Sequence record: SRR22947727_1647
DNA length: 46,085 nt
Strand: one strand, 5' to 3'
Part shown: piece after piece, positions 41,214 through 46,085 of the stretch
Position numbering within the stretch: the stretch's first letter is position 1
Layout: every line of letters begins with the position of its first letter
Made by a program: the position numbers and the translations under genes
The notes under the pieces: generated by a model
What the model saw: only the letters and a program-made list of their open reading frames with translations
Database searches by the model: none
Told to the model about the DNA's origin: nothing

Positions 41214-42689
41214 ATGGTTGAAGGTTCTAAAATACACACCCCTGATGCGCGTCCTGAAACAGCGTTTCATGATGCGGATAAGGCCGTGGCTTATTTAAAT
41301 GCTTTGTATCAAGATGCGGTAGGATTTTTGCAAAGCCGGTTTGATGAAGTGCTGCGTTCGGGCAGTACTGGGCATCGCTATCGAGCGTTTTACCCGCAGA
41401 TTAGTGTGCAGGTTGATAGTTTCAGAAGCATCGATAGCCGGTTAAGTTTTGGCCATGTGACAAGCCCTGGTAGTCACACAACCACGATCACGCGCCCAGA
41501 TTTATTTTCGGGTTACCTACGCCAACAAATCGAATTGTTGTTAGAAAACCATGATTCCCCCATCCTTATCGGTCCGTCTGAAACGCCGATTCCCTTGCAT
41601 TTTGCGCTTTCCGATGAGATCTCGGCGAATAAGGCTGAGGCTCAATCGCAGCCCTTTTTGCTGAGAGATCTGTTTGATGTTCCGGATTTGGCCACAACGA
41701 ATGATGATATCGTCAATGGCGATGGCGCGCGATCAGCCCAAGAGTCGATGCCTTTGGCGCCATTCACTGCGCAGCGCGTTGATTATTCTTTGGCGCGCTT
41801 GGCGCATTACACCGCAACGGATCCAAGCCATTTTCAAAATTATGTGCTTTTCACAAATTATCAATTTTACGTGGCAGAATTCGAAGCTTATGCGCGCCGC
41901 GCTTTGGCTGATGAGAAAAGCGGCTATAGCAGTTTTGTCAGTACGGGGAATGTTGAGATCACGCAGTCTGATGTACTGATTGAGCCAGTTTCAAAATTGC
42001 CACAAATGCCAAGCTATCATTTAAAACGCCCCGACGGCAGCGGCATCACTTTGGTTAATATCGGTGTTGGCCCCTCAAACGCGAAAACAGCAACCGATCA
42101 CATAGCGGTGCTGCGTCCACATGCCTGGATTATGGTTGGGCATTGCGCTGGCTTGCGCAATTCGCAAAGCTTGGGCGATTTTGTGTTGGCGCATGCCTAT
42201 TTGCGCGATGATAAGGTTTTAGACGCAGATCTTCCGGCTTGGGTTCCGATCCCAGCTTTAGCTGAAATTCAGATCGCGCTTGAAACCGCGGTGGCCGATG
42301 TCACAAAGCTGCAGGGCTATGAGCTTAAGAAAATTATGCGCACCGGCACCGTGGCCACGGTTGATAATCGAAATTGGGAGCTGCGCGATCAATCTGGCCC
42401 GGTTCAGCGTTTAAGCCAATCTCGGGCTGTGGCGCTGGATATGGAAAGCGCCACAATCGCGGCGAACGGGTATCGGTTTCGGGTGCCGTATGGAACTTTG
42501 CTCTGCGTGTCGGATAAGCCCTTGCACGGTGAGTTGAAGCTGCCGGGAATGGCATCTGACTTTTATAAAACGCAGGTTTCACGGCATTTGGAAATTGGAA
42601 TAAAGGCGATGGAAAGCTTACAAAACATGCCACTTGAGCGCTTGCACAGCCGAAAATTGCGCAGTTTTGACGAAACTGCGTTTTTATAG
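41214..42689 (+). CDS. amn: AMP nucleosidase
   Basis: LFTNYQFY, PQMP.YHL, NIGVGPSNAKT.TDH, GHCAGL, DMESAT and VSDKPLHGE. Confidence 0.96.
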   Translation: MVEGSKIHTPDARPETAFHDADKAVAYLNALYQDAVGFLQSRFDEVLRSGSTGHRYRAFYPQISVQVDSFRSIDSRLSFGHVTSPGSHTTTITRPDLFSGYLRQQIELLLENHDSPILIGPSETPIPLHFALSDEISANKAEAQSQPFLLRDLFDVPDLATTNDDIVNGDGARSAQESMPLAPFTAQRVDYSLARLAHYTATDPSHFQNYVLFTNYQFYVAEFEAYARRALADEKSGYSSFVSTGNVEITQSDVLIEPVSKLPQMPSYHLKRPDGSGITLVNIGVGPSNAKTATDHIAVLRPHAWIMVGHCAGLRNSQSLGDFVLAHAYLRDDKVLDADLPAWVPIPALAEIQIALETAVADVTKLQGYELKKIMRTGTVATVDNRNWELRDQSGPVQRLSQSRAVALDMESATIAANGYRFRVPYGTLLCVSDKPLHGELKLPGMASDFYKTQVSRHLEIGIKAMESLQNMPLERLHSRKLRSFDETAFL

Positions 42690-42814
42690 GGGCTAAAATT
42701 GAAAAAAAGTATCTTTTTTCGACCAAAACACCCACTATTTGTTGTGTTTATAAACAACATTCAGTTAGAAACGTTCCATGAGGCCCTAACAGTTGGGCAG
42801 TGAAGGAGAAAAAA

Positions 42815-43102
42815 ATGTCGAAACCAATGACGAAAACACAACTGATTGCTGCGCTGGCCGAAGATATGGGCTCAGATAAAAAGGCGGCGGCTGCCTCTTT
42901 GGACGCGATCTGTAACCTGATCACGCGCGAAGTTTCTGGTGGCGGTGCGGTCACGTTGCCAGGTATTGGCAAAATCATGTGCCGTGAGCGTCCAGAGCGT
43001 ATGGTGCGTAACCCAGCCACGGGCGAGCAATTCAAAAAAGAAGCGGATAAAGTTGTTAAAATGACGATTGCAAAAGCGCTGAAAGACAGCGTAAACGGTT
43101 AA
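42815..43102 (+). CDS. HU family histone-like DNA-binding protein
   Basis: MTKTQLI..LA, RNPATGE and AKALKD.VN; ATG at 42815 after AAGGAG. Confidence 0.93.
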   Translation: MSKPMTKTQLIAALAEDMGSDKKAAAASLDAICNLITREVSGGGAVTLPGIGKIMCRERPERMVRNPATGEQFKKEADKVVKMTIAKALKDSVNG

Positions 43103-43123
43103 GCCCCGTTGAACTGTTTCAAG

Positions 43124-43151
43124 AAAGGGTCGCTTTTGGGCGGCCCTTTTT
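43124..43151 (+). terminator. intrinsic terminator after the HU gene
   Basis: AAAGGGTCGC-ttttgg-GCGGCCCTTTTT. Confidence 0.8.
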
Positions 43152-43200
43152 ATTTGCCCGTTTCGATGGCGCCCGTGGGTCGTTTTATAGCGAGATTAAA

Positions 43201-44088
43201 ATGGATCTAAGATCTTTGATGCTTGGGTTGGTTTTTGCGCTGATGTGGTCCTCGGCTTTTACGTCGGCGCGGATGATCGTTGCAGAGGCTTCGCCTTTGG
43301 CTGCCTTGTCGGTTCGGTTCTTAATTTCCGGTTTATTGGGTGTTTTAATCGCGCGGTTTTTGGGCCAAACCATGCGCTTAACGCAGTCGCAATGGCGGGC
43401 GACAATTGTTTTCGGTATTTTTCAAAATGCGATTTATCTTGGGTTAAACTTTGTGGCGATGCAAACCATTGAAGCGTCGGTTGCTTCCATTATTGCATCT
43501 TCAATGCCTTTGATGGTGGCGCTGGCTGGCTGGCTGGTATTTCGGGAAACTCTTCCATTTTTGGGGATCGTTGGGCTGGTGTTTGGCGTTTTGGGTGTCA
43601 GTTTAATTATGGGTCTGCGCATCGAGGCAGGGGTGGAGTTGCATGGCCTGGTTTTGTGCCTTATTGCCGCGATGGCGTTAACCGTTGCCACCCTATCCGT
43701 ACGCGGGGCGGTTGCGGGCGGCAATGTGATGATGATTGTAGGGTTGCAGATGATCGTGGGCGGCGTCAGTTTGGCTATAATCGCCCTTATTTGGGAGCCA
43801 TTTCAGATCAATCCAACATGGCGGTTGCTGGGGGCGTTTACCTATACCACGCTTATCCCTGGCCTTGCGGCCACTTTTATCTGGTTTAAATTGGTTGGCA
43901 GGATTGGCGCTGTGAAAGCCGCAACCTTTCATTTTTTGAATCCGTTTTTCGGGGTATTGATCGCCGCCGCGCTGTTGGGCGAAAACATAGGGCTTTTGGA
44001 TTATGTTGGCGTGGTAATCATTGCGTTGGGTATTTTGGCTGTTCAGCTATCAAAGCAACATCAAACCAAATCTAGGCCCGCGCGCTGA
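43201..44088 (+). CDS. DMT/EamA family transporter
   Basis: About 10 hydrophobic segments; MWSSAF, RFL, and FLNPFFGV..A...LGE. Confidence 0.9.
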   Translation: MDLRSLMLGLVFALMWSSAFTSARMIVAEASPLAALSVRFLISGLLGVLIARFLGQTMRLTQSQWRATIVFGIFQNAIYLGLNFVAMQTIEASVASIIASSMPLMVALAGWLVFRETLPFLGIVGLVFGVLGVSLIMGLRIEAGVELHGLVLCLIAAMALTVATLSVRGAVAGGNVMMIVGLQMIVGGVSLAIIALIWEPFQINPTWRLLGAFTYTTLIPGLAATFIWFKLVGRIGAVKAATFHFLNPFFGVLIAAALLGENIGLLDYVGVVIIALGILAVQLSKQHQTKSRPAR

Positions 44089-44091
44089 TCG

Positions 44092-45204
44092 TTACGCAGC
44101 GGGGCCGATCTTACCACCTTGATCGCCAACCTGCCCGCGATGCAGCAGCAAGTGGTCTAGAAGAACGCAGGCCATCATGGCTTCGCCGACAGGCACAGCG
44201 CGAATGCCAACGCAGGGATCATGCCGCCCTTTGGTGACCACATCGATCTCTTGCCCGTCCTTGGTGATTGATTTGCGTGCTGTTAAAATGGAGGATGTCG
44301 GTTTGACTGCGAATCGCAGCACCACATCTTGACCCGTTGAAATTCCGCCAAGAATGCCACCGGCATGGTTGCTCGAATATTGGGGTAAGCCATCCGGCCC
44401 AAGCGTTATTTCATCGGCATTTTCTGCACCATTCAATGCGGCAGCTTGCATGCCTTCCCCAATTTCAACGCCTTTTACCGCGTTTATTGACATCATTGCC
44501 GCCGCAAGATCGCCATCAAGCTTGCCGTAAATAGGTGCGCCAAGCCCGGCAGGAAGCCCTTGTGCAACGATTTCAATCACTGCGCCAACCGAGCTGTGCG
44601 ATTTGCGCACTTCGTCTAAATATAGCGCCCAGTCTTTTGCGGCTTTTGCATCGGGCACCCAAAAAGGGTTTTTGTCAATTTCTGACCAGTCAAAATGCGC
44701 ACGGTCGATTTTATGAGGGCCCATTTGGCACATGAAGCCGATGACTTTAACCTTTGGTGCTAATTTAGCCAGTGCCGCCCTTGCCACCGCTCCCGCTGCG
44801 ACGCGCGCCGCGGTTTCGCGTGCAGAAGAGCGACCACCCCCGCGATAATCGCGAATGCCGTATTTTTGAAAATAGGTGATATCCGCATGGCCTGGCCGGA
44901 ACGTATTGGCAATATCGCCATAATCCTTTGAACGTTGATCGGTGTTGCGGATGGTCAACTGAATCGGGGTTCCCGTTGTTTTTCCCTCAAACACTCCAGA
45001 AAGGATTTCAACGTTATCTGCTTCGCGTCGCTGCGTGGTAAATTTACTTTGGCCAGGTTTGCGTTTGTCTAACCAGGGCTGAATAATGGTTTCATCAAGC
45101 CTGATGCCCGGAGGGCAGCCATCAATGGTTGCGCCAATCGCGGGGCCATGGCTTTCCCCCCATGTGGTGACCTGAAATAAATGGCCGAATGTATTCATGC
45201 TCAT
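44092..45204 (-). CDS. aroC: chorismate synthase
   Basis: [35 protein letters not shown] and GRHDPCV. Confidence 0.98.
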   Translation of the reverse strand: MSMNTFGHLFQVTTWGESHGPAIGATIDGCPPGIRLDETIIQPWLDKRKPGQSKFTTQRREADNVEILSGVFEGKTTGTPIQLTIRNTDQRSKDYGDIANTFRPGHADITYFQKYGIRDYRGGGRSSARETAARVAAGAVARAALAKLAPKVKVIGFMCQMGPHKIDRAHFDWSEIDKNPFWVPDAKAAKDWALYLDEVRKSHSSVGAVIEIVAQGLPAGLGAPIYGKLDGDLAAAMMSINAVKGVEIGEGMQAAALNGAENADEITLGPDGLPQYSSNHAGGILGGISTGQDVVLRFAVKPTSSILTARKSITKDGQEIDVVTKGRHDPCVGIRAVPVGEAMMACVLLDHLLLHRGQVGDQGGKIGPAA

Positions 45205-45374
45205 ATCAGCGCTCCTTTAAGATGCTGGATATAAGCACATTGCTGCGGTGACAAGCTTGATTCAAATGCGGTGATGTCGGAAACCTTATTTATCACTAAG
45301 CTTTTGCCGCGTTCATTGGCCCGCATGCTGCATTTGACATAACCTAAAAGGCAATATTCGGATGCTGCGTTAGG

Positions 45375-45402
45375 CCGAGCCGCCCGTGGCGGCTCGGTTT
45401 TT
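45375..45402 (+). terminator. strong hairpin with T-tract on the + strand
   Basis: CCGAGCCGCC-cgt-GGCGGCTCGG-TTTTT; the stem lies 13 nt beyond the stop of the small minus-strand ORF. Confidence 0.65.
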
Positions 45403-45410
45403 GAATTTAA

Positions 45411-45515
45411 TTAGGTGCCGCTGCCGGATCCACTTTCTGCTAAGGCCAGCAGCGTAAAGATAAAGGCGCCAACCACCCATAAACCGGTATTAGATTCCAA
45501 AAAATCTGTGGCCAT
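45411..45515 (-). CDS. putative small membrane protein (34 aa)
   Basis: MATDFLESNTGLWVVGAFIFTLLALAESGSGSGT*; GAAGGGA directly upstream of the ATG, one hydrophobic helix, hairpin downstream. Below the ORF-track cutoff. Confidence 0.55.
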   Translation of the reverse strand: MATDFLESNTGLWVVGAFIFTLLALAESGSGSGT

Positions 45516-45959
45516 TGTCCCTTCTGCAAACCATTACAGCTTTCTCTTCCATCGCTTCTGATCCGATTTTTTATCCTATCCTATCCTATAGAAGTAACTG
45601 CGCCTTTAATGGTAAGGCTTGCGATAAACAATTTATAAACAAACCACTTGCAAGACTTAGAATATAAATAGGGCTATAAATTAACGATCTGACCGAAACA
45701 GGAAGTCAAAAAATCGTGGTACTTAAAACTCAATGTTTATTTTTGCAAGGTTCGTTTTGAACCCGTGATAAGAGAAAACTACTGATTAAAAGTAATGCCA
45801 AAGAATCTCCGAGTGCTGGTATTACTGCGTAATTGACGTCTAAAACGGACGAATCTATAGAGTCTCAATTAGATGAAAGAATTTTTGCAGATGACTTTAA
45901 CTTGCATTGGTAAATATAAGTGAGAAGGTTCTCTTAAAATATTGCTTGAAAAAGACTAT

Positions 45960-45987
45960 AAAAAAAGGCAGCTAACAAGCTGCCTTT
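45960..45987 (-). terminator. intrinsic terminator for the gene entering from the right edge
   Basis: Minus strand reads AAAGGCAGCT-tgtt-AGCTGCC-TTTTTTT. Confidence 0.85.
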
Positions 45988-46024
45988 CGAATAATTGTTA
46001 AGGTATTTTTGTTCCCTTAAGTAC

Positions 46025-46084
46025 TTACGTGCCTGATCCTGAGTTAGATCCTGAGTTAGAACCTGAATTAGAACCTGAATTAGA
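46025..46084 (-). CDS. C-terminal end of a Ser/Gly/Asn-repeat protein (gene starts beyond window)
   Basis: Minus frame reads SNSGSNSGSNSGSNSGSGT*. Repeat units differ only at synonymous positions, and a terminator lies 37 nt downstream. Confidence 0.7.
   Translation of the reverse strand, partial: SNSGSNSGSNSGSNSGSGT
46037..46084. repeat. 12-bp tandem repeat, at least 4 copies
   Basis: TCCTGAGTTAGA x2 then ACCTGAATTAGA x2, running off the window end. Confidence 0.95.
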
Positions 46085-46085
46085 A

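Noticed and set aside
45205..45410. TPP riboswitch or tRNA next to aroC
   Set aside because: No CTGAGA/ACCTGA TPP core and no cloverleaf or T-loop motif found.
45793..45819. CIRCE-like half site GAGTGCT
   Set aside because: The left arm is absent and no chaperone gene is adjacent.
45833..45913. 26-codon + strand TTG ORF (LTSKTDESIESQLDERIFADDFNLHW)
   Set aside because: No SD, weak start codon and no recognisable similarity.
46037..46085. CRISPR array at the window end
   Set aside because: The units are 12-bp head-to-tail repeats without spacers, and no cas genes are present in the window.

Overview
Core chromosomal region of an alphaproteobacterium, almost certainly Rhodobacteraceae/Roseobacter-like. 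It is probably an aerobic anoxygenic phototroph, since the window opens with the 3' end of bchP coupled to idi. The window spans the probable replication origin: an AT-rich hemJ-maf spacer (~19290-19660) with several DnaA boxes, two perfect parS sites inside rsmG and mnmG, the rho-mnmE-mnmG-rsmG-parAB block, and an apparent GC-skew switch. Most genes are housekeeping (maeB, mutS, grpE-hrcA, rph-rdgB-hemW, maf-aroE-coaE-dnaQ, secB, dapD, dapE, rnr, amn, HU, aroC). Less ordinary items are: (i) a translationally coupled pair of a PLP fold-IV enzyme lacking the usual PLP-binding Glu and a sulfotransferase-like protein; (ii) a form II coxSLM operon with a long leader and no adjacent accessory genes; (iii) deoC next to an ALDH16-type dehydrogenase; (iv) an MltB-type enzyme without an export signal, and no mltA at its usual position; (v) two unannotated minus-strand ORFs at the right edge that both end in SGSGT*. 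I saw no mobile element, CRISPR array, tRNA or rRNA. All calls come from reading the sequence and recalled family motifs; no searches were run.
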